Part shown: positions 6,679-14,926 of the stretch, piece by piece | Layout: each line of letters starts with the position of its first letter | How positions within the stretch are numbered: the stretch's first letter is position 1 | NCBI GenBank assembly: GCA_002787405.1 | Contig: PCWQ01000013.1 | Location: 1-56,100 of the forward strand | Direction: 5' to 3' | Length of the DNA: 56,100 nt | DNA from: Candidatus Komeilibacteria bacterium CG11_big_fil_rev_8_21_14_0_20_36_20 | GTDB taxonomy: Bacteria; Patescibacteriota; Patescibacteriia; UBA1558; GWA2-36-10 | Translations under genes and position numbers: made by a program | Notes under the pieces: model-generated | Seen by the model: the letters and a program-made list of their open reading frames with translations, nothing else | What the model was told of the DNA's origin: nothing | Database searches by the model: none

Positions 6679-8232
6679 ATGAAAAAATTTATTTTTTTAT
6701 TTACCTTTGTTGTTTTATTTATCGGTTTTGCTCAAAAAATTCAAGCGGCCACTATTATCGCCGTAGATGCTGATACTCTCAAATCACGCTACGCCGGCAG
6801 TATCGTTGTCGAAGATACTGGTTTTGCAAAACAATATTGGTATGTTGAACCAAAATCACAGGAAAGGTATTTATTAAAAGACGGCGTTAGTGTCTCCCGC
6901 TTATTAAAAACTTTTGCCACCGGTATCAAAAATAATGATCTCAATAAAATTGCTACCAGTACCGCTAGCGTCAACGTTGATTACCAGTTAACTGCTCAAA
7001 TGCGAGGTCAACTTCTCTTACAGGTGGAAGAAGACGGACAGGCCTGGTATTTAAATCCTTTGGACAACTACCGCTACAAGATAGATAATGGCTTCAAGGG
7101 ACTAAAAACATTAAAAAATTTGGCTTTGGAGATCAACCCTGGTAAATTAGCCGTCATACCAATTGTGGATAATCTAAATTTTGAACCATTGACAAATAAT
7201 AATCCTAATTTTCCTATGTACTGGGAAATACAAAATATTCTCAAAGATGACTATTATAAAGCCGAGGAGGTCAATAATAAGCAACTTTTTTACGGTTCAT
7301 TAGAAGGTATGGTTCAGTCTTTAGGTGATCCATACACTGAATTTTTCAGTCCTCAACAAAAAAAAGAATTTGACAATCAAATGCAAGGATCATTAGAGGG
7401 CATTGGCGCTATGGTGGAACAACTTAATAAAACAGTAGTGATCATTAGTCCTTTATCAGGTTCGCCAGCCGAGAAAGTTGGTCTACAACCGCAAGATCAG
7501 ATCTTAGAAGCAAATCACATCGATCTTCGCGGCCTTACTTTAGATGACAGCATTAGTTTAATTAAAGGACCGTCTGGCACTGAAGTTCTCTTAAAAATAT
7601 ACCGTCCTGCAACTCAAGAAACTTTTGAAGTCAGTATAATTAGAGAAAAAATTAATATCCCCCTAGTTATTGGCAAAAAATTAGACAATAATATTGCTTA
7701 TTTTAAAATAAGTATGTTTTCATTAGATTTAAAAGCAAGTTTTGAGAAAATAAAAAATAACACCATCGATGAAAATACTAAAGGTATTATTATTGACTTG
7801 CGTAATAACCCAGGAGGATACACTTCAGCCGCTATTGATTTAGCTGATTATTGGTTACCAGCCGGTGAATTAATTTTGCAAGAAAAATATCCTGATCTTC
7901 TCTACCAATTCAGCTCTCGTCTAGACCAAGAAATTAAACTGCCAACCGTTATTTTAGTCAACAACGGTACTGCTTCGTCTGCCGAAATTTTTACTTCAGC
8001 CCTATCAGAGCATAACTTAGCTAAAATTGTCGGGCAAACCACCTTTGGTAAGGGAACCGGACAGACATTATTAAGTTTCGCTGATGGTTCTGCTCTAAAA
8101 TATACTGTTTTTGAATGGCTTACTCCTAATGGTATTTCCCTAGAAGAAAACGGTATTACTCCTGATTATCTTCTTGAGAACAATAGCATCCAAGACCAAC
8201 AATTAGAAAAAGCGAAAGAGTTATTGAGATAG
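6679..8232 (+). CDS. S41 C-terminal processing peptidase with signal peptide, duplicated N-terminal module and PDZ domain
   Basis: 517 aa. Signal/TM MKKFIFLFTFVVLFIGFAQKIQA. LEGIGAMV ... GSPAEKVGLQPQDQILEAN (PDZ). IIIDLRNNPGGY, NNGTASSAEIF (Ser) and TFGKGT (Lys). Confidence 0.85.
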   Translation: MKKFIFLFTFVVLFIGFAQKIQAATIIAVDADTLKSRYAGSIVVEDTGFAKQYWYVEPKSQERYLLKDGVSVSRLLKTFATGIKNNDLNKIATSTASVNVDYQLTAQMRGQLLLQVEEDGQAWYLNPLDNYRYKIDNGFKGLKTLKNLALEINPGKLAVIPIVDNLNFEPLTNNNPNFPMYWEIQNILKDDYYKAEEVNNKQLFYGSLEGMVQSLGDPYTEFFSPQQKKEFDNQMQGSLEGIGAMVEQLNKTVVIISPLSGSPAEKVGLQPQDQILEANHIDLRGLTLDDSISLIKGPSGTEVLLKIYRPATQETFEVSIIREKINIPLVIGKKLDNNIAYFKISMFSLDLKASFEKIKNNTIDENTKGIIIDLRNNPGGYTSAAIDLADYWLPAGELILQEKYPDLLYQFSSRLDQEIKLPTVILVNNGTASSAEIFTSALSEHNLAKIVGQTTFGKGTGQTLLSFADGSALKYTVFEWLTPNGISLEENGITPDYLLENNSIQDQQLEKAKELLR

Positions 8233-9141
8233 ATATCTCTGATAACCACGAATAAACTCAGCGGCCCTCATTATTTTTTTTCCGGCCGGTTGCAATTCTA
8301 AAATTTCCAATGACTTTTGGCTGGTGCCAATAATCAATTTATCCTGATCAATTAATATTTCAGCTGGTTTTAAATTATTCTCTGTAATCTGAGCTTTAAA
8401 AATTTTTATATTTAAACCATTTAAATCAAAAAAGGCAGAGGGCCAAGGATTAAAAGCCCTAATCTGATTATTAATTTCTTGAGCTGGTTTTAACCAGTCA
8501 ATCCGACCATCTTCTTTTTTGATTATCTTACAAAAAGTAGCCTGCTGATGATCTTGAGGTAGAGGAGTGAGCTGATTAGATAAATATTTAATGACATTTT
8601 TAGCTAATATGTCTTGGCTAATACTAGTTAATTTTTTACTGAGGGTTAAAAAATTATCCTCTGGATTGATCTCTATTTTCTCTTGAGCTAAAAGTGGACC
8701 ATGATCCATTTGGCTATCAAGCTGCATTAAACTAATCCCTGTGATTTTAAACCCTTTCAATAAAGCAGTTTGAATAGGGGAAGGACCGCGCAGCAACGGC
8801 AATTGGGAAGGATGGATATTTAAAGCCAGTAGTTCTGATAGTTTTAGTATCTTATCGGGAATAATTCTGCCATAAGCTATAATCATAAAAGTAGCCGGTA
8901 AATATTTTTTCAGATCATTAATAAATTCATTATTAAAAATTTCCGGCTCTAAAACCGGTAAATTATTTTTTTGAGCTTCAATTTTAATAGGAGAACTGAG
9001 TGTCTTTTTGTTTCTTCCAGCTGGCTTGTCAGGTTGGGTGACTACAGCTCTAACCAGACCCATTTGCTGCAAAGTCTGGAAACCAGGCAAAGCAAAATCA
9101 GGTGTCCCCCAGAAAATAATTTTTTTGTCTGTTTTAATCAT
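8221..9141 (-). CDS. fmt: Methionyl-tRNA formyltransferase
   Basis: 306 aa. IIFWGTPDFALP, VVTQPDKPAGRNKK and NIHPSQLPLLRGPSPIQ. Confidence 0.9.
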   Translation of the reverse strand: MIKTDKKIIFWGTPDFALPGFQTLQQMGLVRAVVTQPDKPAGRNKKTLSSPIKIEAQKNNLPVLEPEIFNNEFINDLKKYLPATFMIIAYGRIIPDKILKLSELLALNIHPSQLPLLRGPSPIQTALLKGFKITGISLMQLDSQMDHGPLLAQEKIEINPEDNFLTLSKKLTSISQDILAKNVIKYLSNQLTPLPQDHQQATFCKIIKKEDGRIDWLKPAQEINNQIRAFNPWPSAFFDLNGLNIKIFKAQITENNLKPAEILIDQDKLIIGTSQKSLEILELQPAGKKIMRAAEFIRGYQRYLSQ

Positions 9142-9619
9142 TTTTCAATTTATCCAAAATCTCCTGCCCTTTAGTAATTCTTTCTGCTCGGTCGATAAAT
9201 AAAATCCCATTTAGATGATCTATCTCGTGTTGGAGGACAATAGCTTGAAATCCCTTGATTTTCTCTTTATGACTCTGCCCGTCTAAATCTTTGTATTTTA
9301 TATGAATTTTCTTGGAACGACGCACTAAACCAAAAATCTGCGGCAAAGACAAACATCCTTCTTCAGTCACTGTTTTATCTTTAGAAAAAAAAGTAACCTC
9401 TGGATTAACATAAACTGTGTAGCTATGCCCATTCCGATCGCCCATAACCACAATCTGCTGGCTGAGTCCAACCTGCGGACCAGCTAAACCAATTCCGTCA
9501 TCAGTATACATAGTTTGAGCCATGGCCATGGCCATTTCCTTTAAATCACCATCAAACCGATTAATCGGCTGACTGGCTTTTCTTAAGAATGTATCTGGAT
9601 ATTTGATAATTTTTAACAT
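9134..9619 (-). CDS. def: Peptide deformylase
   Basis: 161 aa. GLAGPQVG, EGCLS and QHEIDHLNG motifs. Confidence 0.95.
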   Translation of the reverse strand: MLKIIKYPDTFLRKASQPINRFDGDLKEMAMAMAQTMYTDDGIGLAGPQVGLSQQIVVMGDRNGHSYTVYVNPEVTFFSKDKTVTEEGCLSLPQIFGLVRRSKKIHIKYKDLDGQSHKEKIKGFQAIVLQHEIDHLNGILFIDRAERITKGQEILDKLKND

Positions 9620-9625
9620 AACTAT

Positions 9626-9654
9626 ATTAAAACATTTTTATAAACTTTTGTCAA
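9626..9654 (-). promoter_or_regulatory. Sigma-70-type promoter of def-fmt: TTGACA-17-TTTAAT (with upstream TG), 6 nt before the ATG
   Basis: Minus-strand reading is TTGACAaaagtttataaaaatgtTTTAATatagttATG. No Shine-Dalgarno sequence is possible in 6 nt. Confidence 0.5.
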
Positions 9655-9685
9655 AAATTAAATCTTCAAAATCAAAACTAAAAAA

Positions 9686-9714
9686 ATGACAACCAAACAA
9701 AAATTTGTTATAAT
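9686..9714 (+). promoter_or_regulatory. Promoter ATGACA-17-(TGt)TATAAT, 6 nt before the ATG of 9721
   Basis: Plus strand reads ATGACAaccaaacaaaaatttgtTATAATtcatttATG. It has an extended -10. Confidence 0.5.
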
Positions 9715-9720
9715 TCATTT

Positions 9721-9978
9721 ATGAATAAGGGCTTTTCTAGTTTAGGTAATATTTTAAAGGGTCAAAAATCAATAAAACCGCCGGCTTACCAATGGCAGGA
9801 TTTAGCCCTGGAAGTGATAAAAGAATTAAATATTCCTAATTTTAAAAGAAATTCTGTTTTTAAGGTCTGCAAAGAAAACTCTCGAGATTATATTGAAAAA
9901 TGTCTCAATGATACTAAGGAACTAGCCAAGGAAGGGGAGCAGTGGAAATATTTTTTTAAATTAATAAGTAATAAATAA
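9721..9978 (+). CDS. Hypothetical 85-aa protein
   Basis: ORF with a plausible promoter. No family recognised. Confidence 0.5.
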   Translation: MNKGFSSLGNILKGQKSIKPPAYQWQDLALEVIKELNIPNFKRNSVFKVCKENSRDYIEKCLNDTKELAKEGEQWKYFFKLISNK

Positions 9979-10000
9979 TTAATCATTAAACATAAAAAAT

Positions 10001-10423
10001 ATGACTATCAATAAAGAAGATTTTATTAAGGAACTTAATAAGGATCTAGAATGGGAATTTGCAGCTGCTATCCAATATGTCCAGCACGCTGCGGTCATCA
10101 CTGGAGCTGAATATGATTCAATCACTAAAGAACTGATTATTCATTCCAATGAAGAAATGGCTCACGCTGTCAGTTTATCAGAAATTATTTCTGACTTGGG
10201 TGGCACGCCGGTCATTGATGTGGAAGAGAGAAAAATAAGTAATCAGTCTAAGACAATGCTGGAGCAAGATTTGGCCGGCGAAGAATTAGCTATCAGCCGC
10301 TACAAAACCCGAGTAAAACAAGCTGATGAATTAGGCGAACATGGAATGCGCCGCGTTTTAGAAGACATCTTAATGCAGGAAGAAGAACACCGTCGTGATT
10401 TATTAAGCTCGCTAGGCAGATAA
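10001..10423 (+). CDS. Ferritin-like di-iron protein (bacterioferritin/Dps-like fold)
   Basis: 140 aa. Two E-x-x-H motifs (NEEMAH, QEEEHRRD) in helical context. Confidence 0.7.
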   Translation: MTINKEDFIKELNKDLEWEFAAAIQYVQHAAVITGAEYDSITKELIIHSNEEMAHAVSLSEIISDLGGTPVIDVEERKISNQSKTMLEQDLAGEELAISRYKTRVKQADELGEHGMRRVLEDILMQEEEHRRDLLSSLGR

Positions 10424-10424
10424 A

Positions 10425-10838
10425 ATGAACAAGACAATCAGTGCCGGCGGAATAGTAATAAATCCGCAAGGCTTGATTCTACTAGTTAATCAAAATGATG
10501 ACTCCTGGTCTTTTCCCAAAGGGCATCTTGACACTGGTGAGGACGGCCTCACTGCCGCCAAAAGAGAAATTTATGAAGAGTCGGGAATTTCCGAATTAGA
10601 GTTAATTAAAAAATTTGATAACTACCAAAGATATAAGATAGCTCTTGGAGGCAAAGGAGAGGATCAAACAGAATTAAAAATAATTTCTCTATTTTTATTT
10701 AAAACTAACCAGACAAAATTAAATCCTTCTGACCCTACTATTCCTAAAGCTCAATGGGTAACTAAAGATAAAGTAGCTGATCTACTGACGCATCAGAAAG
10801 ACAAAAAATTTTTTCTACGTATTATCAATCAAATTTAA
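10425..10838 (+). CDS. NUDIX hydrolase
   Basis: 137 aa. Nudix box GHLDTGEDGLTAAKREIYEESGI. Confidence 0.85.
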   Translation: MNKTISAGGIVINPQGLILLVNQNDDSWSFPKGHLDTGEDGLTAAKREIYEESGISELELIKKFDNYQRYKIALGGKGEDQTELKIISLFLFKTNQTKLNPSDPTIPKAQWVTKDKVADLLTHQKDKKFFLRIINQI

Positions 10839-10843
10839 ACTTA

Positions 10844-10870
10844 AAATCCCCATAATACTTGTGGGAATTT
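10844..10870. terminator. Weak bidirectional hairpin between convergent genes
   Basis: AAATCCCC ... GGGAATTT with A/T runs on both sides. The stem is short and bulged. Confidence 0.3.
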
Positions 10871-10882
10871 TATTATATATCC

Positions 10883-11101
10883 TTATAAAAAGAGGTAGAG
10901 TAGTAGTCTGCTAAAAACACAACCTACTAAAACTGCTAAAAATTCTACTATAGCTGTTACAAGCATTAAGGACATCACTATGCAGAATTTGAAAAATATC
11001 CATAACTCTTTTTCTACTCCATATTCTTTCTTAAGCAGTCCATATTCCAATGGGACAGCAATAACTAAGATGATTATACCCAGGCCAACTAATATAGACA
11101 T
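10883..11101 (-). CDS. Small two-helix membrane protein
   Basis: 72 aa, very hydrophobic. GGAGG lies 6 nt upstream of the ATG, with a consensus-like promoter upstream. Confidence 0.55.
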   Translation of the reverse strand: MSILVGLGIIILVIAVPLEYGLLKKEYGVEKELWIFFKFCIVMSLMLVTAIVEFLAVLVGCVFSRLLLYLFL

Positions 11102-11143
11102 TACAATCCTCCTTCATAATCAAAACAACATAAATAACGTTAT

Positions 11144-11172
11144 AATATATCATACATATTAAATTTTGTCAA
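11144..11172 (-). promoter_or_regulatory. Promoter TTGACA-17-TATATT for the 72-aa membrane protein
   Basis: Minus strand reads TTGACAaaatttaatatgtatgaTATATT. Confidence 0.45.
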
Positions 11173-11244
11173 TAATATAGTTTTAAATTTACTTGAGTGT
11201 TGTTTAATACTATAATATAAGCCATGATCTTAAGAATGAACTCC

Positions 11245-12039
11245 TTACTGAATCTCAAAATTCTGCACTAAATAACCAATCCCAAAAGGGGACTCGTAGC
11301 TTAATTGCTCCGACCGATAGTTAATACTTTTAATAATCCCTAATAGTATCAATAAAGAACGGAAGCCGCATTGATCAGCGCCTGCTTCTTCCACAAATTT
11401 AGAATCAAGACTAACAATCTCATCCACTTTCTTTTCATTAAGTAATTTAATAATAGTCTGATCAAAATCCTGCCCAGCCGGTGAATAACCGCCCGGTGAA
11501 TCTTTGTGTAATCGATGAGATAAATCTCCGGAAGCAACTACGGCCACCCGTTTATTGGATTTATTAATCTGCTCTTTAATAGCCCTCCCAAAATCTAAAT
11601 GAGTTTGATTATCTTGATTTGAATAACCAATGCTGACAATTTTAACTTTGGGTAAATTTTTAGTGAGATGATATAAAGGGACACCACTACCATAATCTAA
11701 TTCCTCTTGAGCAAACAAAATCACTGGAAAAGAGGTCTCGATTGATTCTTTTATCTGGTAACCGAACCCCAGATCATTCTCAAATTCTAAGTTAGTCACT
11801 AAATCTCCAAATTTCTTAAAATTGACCTTAAGTTGCGGTTGTTGATTGATCACAAAAGACTCTTCACGCAGGTCAATATGAGGTGAAACTATAATAATAA
11901 CATCTGGTTTGGCCGCATATAATTCATAAGCTAGATGCTGGTAGGCCTCTCTGGTTTTTGACAATTTGTCTAGATTATCCCTGCCAATTTCCGGAATTAA
12001 AAGAGGAGAATGGGGGACAAAACAAGCAAAAGTAATCAT
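11245..12039 (-). CDS. Class III extradiol dioxygenase (LigB) / MEMO-like family protein
   Basis: 264 aa. N-terminal FVPHSPLLIP, IIVSPH and ASGDLSHRL motifs are typical of this fold. Substrate unknown. Confidence 0.5.
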   Translation of the reverse strand: MITFACFVPHSPLLIPEIGRDNLDKLSKTREAYQHLAYELYAAKPDVIIIVSPHIDLREESFVINQQPQLKVNFKKFGDLVTNLEFENDLGFGYQIKESIETSFPVILFAQEELDYGSGVPLYHLTKNLPKVKIVSIGYSNQDNQTHLDFGRAIKEQINKSNKRVAVVASGDLSHRLHKDSPGGYSPAGQDFDQTIIKLLNEKKVDEIVSLDSKFVEEAGADQCGFRSLLILLGIIKSINYRSEQLSYESPFGIGYLVQNFEIQ

Positions 12040-12040
12040 A

Positions 12041-13468
12041 TTATAAACTTAATTCTTCTCCTAAATCATGCAGTTTTAAAACTCGATCCGTAACCGTCTG
12101 AATCTGAGACCAATTATACCCTAAACCAACAAAAGTTGCTTCATCGGGAATTAAACGACGCTGGCCGTTGGAGATAACATAAACTTTGGCCTCGTCTTCC
12201 GTCTTGATCAAATTACCATCCTGAATTTTAACCGGCAAAACCTTAGTGTATTGTTCTAGAGTCTTACTAGTCACTTCTTTGATGGACAAATCAGAATAAT
12301 TTATAGCGATGATAGAAGGATGAACAATCGGCGCCTTTTGGTTATCTTTAACATAATAAACACCGCCGGTGGACATATCTCTCAAAAGCTGTTCAAAAGG
12401 ACTTAAATCTCCTTCAGTCAAAAGCGAACCATCAATAAAATTATCTAGATCTGTCTGATTAGCTTCAATGATCTCAGCTGGATTAAAACCAAGTTGTCTA
12501 AAAGCTTCATCAGAAACAATTAATCTCTTTTCCATACCGTCTAAAAGATATCTGCTACCGTCTGCTCCCTGTAAAACCGAATAATTAGGATATTTAATGG
12601 AGCCACCATCTTCATACTTGGCTAATTCTTCACTACTCACTTCTAAAACTTTCTTGGGATCGTAACGAGAAACTAAAGCAGTCATTGAATCAAAAGGTCG
12701 TTTTTGACTACGGTCAATTAAATAAATAGTAACTACATCTTCACCATCCTTAGCTTTAATTAATGAACCATCTGGAAATATTCCTCCACTTATATCACCA
12801 GGTCCACCAAAACTGTATCGCTCCCATAAGGTGGCAAACAAATTATTACCTTGTAAATGAGGCGTATAGACATAAAGAGCAGCTGTAATTTTATTTTCCG
12901 GCTTAACTGCTTGCCCGTCAATAATAGAGGTCTTGCCAGGATAATGAGGGCGGACATAAATATTGTCTAAATAATCCCGAAATTGCAGGGCAGTGGCTCT
13001 AACTTGCTTGCCAAAACCCTTCCATTGTGGATTACAAGGTTGGCCGTCAAAACAATAATAGCCCATAGCATAATTAAGCTGTCTTTCGCTAGGTTCGGAG
13101 TCCTCAATTAAACCCTGCTCTTTTTGCAACATAGCTAACAAAAACTGGGGATTGATTTTAGCTTCCCAAGCCGCATTGTAAATAATCTCGGTAGCTGAAC
13201 GATTTTTATAATAATCTTCTTCTGAATTAATAGGCGCATCAGCTGGCCCTGGATTATTACCATTATAAAAATAGCTCTTGAGATAGCTATTATTTTGAAT
13301 TAAAAAATTCTTAATTTCTATTTGACTCATAGAAGAATGGTTTTCAGCTTCAGCGTCAGATAGTAAATTATTATAATCGATATCTAAATTCGAAGCCAGA
13401 GTTAAAGAAGGAATAAGAAAGCTGCATAAAGTAAAAACGACAAATATTTTATGAGGCAGTTTATTCAT
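12041..13468 (-). CDS. Secreted protein: N-terminal cell-wall-enzyme-like region plus four C-terminal repeats of about 55 aa
   Basis: 475 aa. Signal peptide, INPQFLLAMLQKEQGLI segment, then four repeats (aa 232-473). Function not assignable from sequence alone. Confidence 0.55.
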   Translation of the reverse strand: MNKLPHKIFVVFTLCSFLIPSLTLASNLDIDYNNLLSDAEAENHSSMSQIEIKNFLIQNNSYLKSYFYNGNNPGPADAPINSEEDYYKNRSATEIIYNAAWEAKINPQFLLAMLQKEQGLIEDSEPSERQLNYAMGYYCFDGQPCNPQWKGFGKQVRATALQFRDYLDNIYVRPHYPGKTSIIDGQAVKPENKITAALYVYTPHLQGNNLFATLWERYSFGGPGDISGGIFPDGSLIKAKDGEDVVTIYLIDRSQKRPFDSMTALVSRYDPKKVLEVSSEELAKYEDGGSIKYPNYSVLQGADGSRYLLDGMEKRLIVSDEAFRQLGFNPAEIIEANQTDLDNFIDGSLLTEGDLSPFEQLLRDMSTGGVYYVKDNQKAPIVHPSIIAINYSDLSIKEVTSKTLEQYTKVLPVKIQDGNLIKTEDEAKVYVISNGQRRLIPDEATFVGLGYNWSQIQTVTDRVLKLHDLGEELSL

Positions 13469-13504
13469 AAGTTAAAATTAATAGTTAATGTTTTCTATTC
13501 CTGT

Positions 13505-13513
13505 ATTATACCA
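13505..13513 (-). promoter_or_regulatory. Extended -10 element TGgTATAAT upstream of 12041-13468
   Basis: Minus strand reads TGGTATAAT, about 36 nt before the ATG. Confidence 0.35.
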
Positions 13514-13622
13514 GAAAATCAAATAAACTCCAAAAAGAAAAATGGCAAAAATGAACCTAATAAAAACATTGCTTTTTGCCAGTTTTTAAGCTAAAATGAT
13601 ATTGAAATTAGCTTATTAAAAC

Positions 13623-14174
13623 ATGAACTATTTAAGACTATTTATCAGCTTACCGGTTGATGCAGCAACCACTAGGGAAATTACTAAAAAATTTACAGGA
13701 CTGAATTTACCTTGGGAAAAATTAAAGCTCATTCAACCAGATCAAATACATCTTACTTTAAAATTTCTGGGTGATACACCGATTGATAAAATCCCCCCGC
13801 TGATTGCAACCCTGCAAGAAATTAAATTAAATTTTCAATATTTAGAACTGACCATTGAAAATTCTATAATTTTTAACTCTAAAACACCGAAAGTTCTAGC
13901 TTTAAAAATCAAAGAAAATAAAAAACTACAAACATTATTCAAAGCCATTGAAGAAAAATTATTCTCAGCTGGACTAGCTCATCGAGAAAACAAAAAATTT
14001 TCTGCCCACCTGAATTTAGCTCGCATTAAAAAAACGTCACAGCATAAAGAATTTGCTAAATTTACAGACTGGCAAGTTCATAAGATTATCCAAGCATCAT
14101 ATTTTGAATTGAAAGAAAGTGTTTTAACTAAAAAAGGACCAGAATATACCACCTTACAAACTTTTGACTTATGA
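13623..14174 (+). CDS. thpR: RNA 2',3'-cyclic phosphodiesterase (2H family, LigT/ThpR)
   Basis: 183 aa. Two H-x-T/S-x motifs (HLTLKF, HLNLAR). Confidence 0.8.
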   Translation: MNYLRLFISLPVDAATTREITKKFTGLNLPWEKLKLIQPDQIHLTLKFLGDTPIDKIPPLIATLQEIKLNFQYLELTIENSIIFNSKTPKVLALKIKENKKLQTLFKAIEEKLFSAGLAHRENKKFSAHLNLARIKKTSQHKEFAKFTDWQVHKIIQASYFELKESVLTKKGPEYTTLQTFDL

Positions 14175-14926
14175 AAGAATATAATATTTTAGGAATCAGA
14201 GTTCATACTATCCCCAAACACATTATCAAAAATTTATTACATGTTTATCTGAATTCTGACCAGCAACATCAAATTGTGACAGTCAATCCAGAATTTATAG
14301 TGTCCGCGCAAAATGATAATAAATTTCGCAAAATTATTAATGAAGCTAGTCTAGCCACTATTGACGGTGCCGGAATTATTAAAGCCCTACAGTTTTTTGG
14401 TCAACCAATTTCATTAGATGATAGAATAACTGGTGTTGATTTAACAGAAATGTTACTTAAAATAGCCGTCAATAACAATAATAAAATTTTATTTTGCCTT
14501 AATAGCCGAGGGCTAACTAAGCCAGATGATTTTTTTATGAAAATAAAAAAAAGGTATCCTGATTTAGACTTTCAGGTGGCCGATGAAAACATTCTGTTGG
14601 AAAAAGCCGATATCTTTAACCCTGAAATAATCCTCGTCGGTTTAGGAGCGCCTACTCAAGACATTTGGATTTGGGAAAATCTGTCCAGAATTCCTTCGGC
14701 TAGGATTGCAGTGGGAGTAGGGGGCACTTTTGATTTTATGTCCGGTCGTATTTCCCGCGCCCCCAAAATATTGCGCAGCTTTGGACTGGAATGGCTCTGG
14801 CGGGTTTTTCGACAGCCACATCGTCTCCATCGTATTAACCGAGCTATTTTTATCTTTCCCTATTTAGTCGTTAAAGACCGCATAAAAAAATCCATAAAAA
14901 ACTCAAATAACAAAGAAAAATTATGA
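14171..14926 (+). CDS. WecB/TagA/CpsF-family (GT26) glycosyltransferase
   Basis: 251 aa. VTVNPEFIV, IDGAGI, LVGLGAPTQDIWI, GVGGTFDF and GLEWLWRVFRQPHR. Confidence 0.8.
   Translation: MKEYNILGIRVHTIPKHIIKNLLHVYLNSDQQHQIVTVNPEFIVSAQNDNKFRKIINEASLATIDGAGIIKALQFFGQPISLDDRITGVDLTEMLLKIAVNNNNKILFCLNSRGLTKPDDFFMKIKKRYPDLDFQVADENILLEKADIFNPEIILVGLGAPTQDIWIWENLSRIPSARIAVGVGGTFDFMSGRISRAPKILRSFGLEWLWRVFRQPHRLHRINRAIFIFPYLVVKDRIKKSIKNSNNKEKL

Noticed and set aside
8221-8232. 12-bp overlap of the convergent S41 protease and fmt 3' ends
   Set aside because: The overlap is real but is probably just genome compaction. There is no associated structure or motif.
11102-11244. dif-like Xer site in the AT-rich spacer (…TTATAATATATCATACATATT…)
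   Set aside because: It shows only fragmentary resemblance to the dif consensus (a TTATGTT-like piece). This cannot be distinguished from random AT-rich sequence.
14171-14174. Alternative genetic code with UGA recoded, as in some candidate phyla
   Set aside because: TGA is used as a stop in ATGA start/stop overlaps (here and at 36517-36520). All conserved genes read through at normal length with the standard code.
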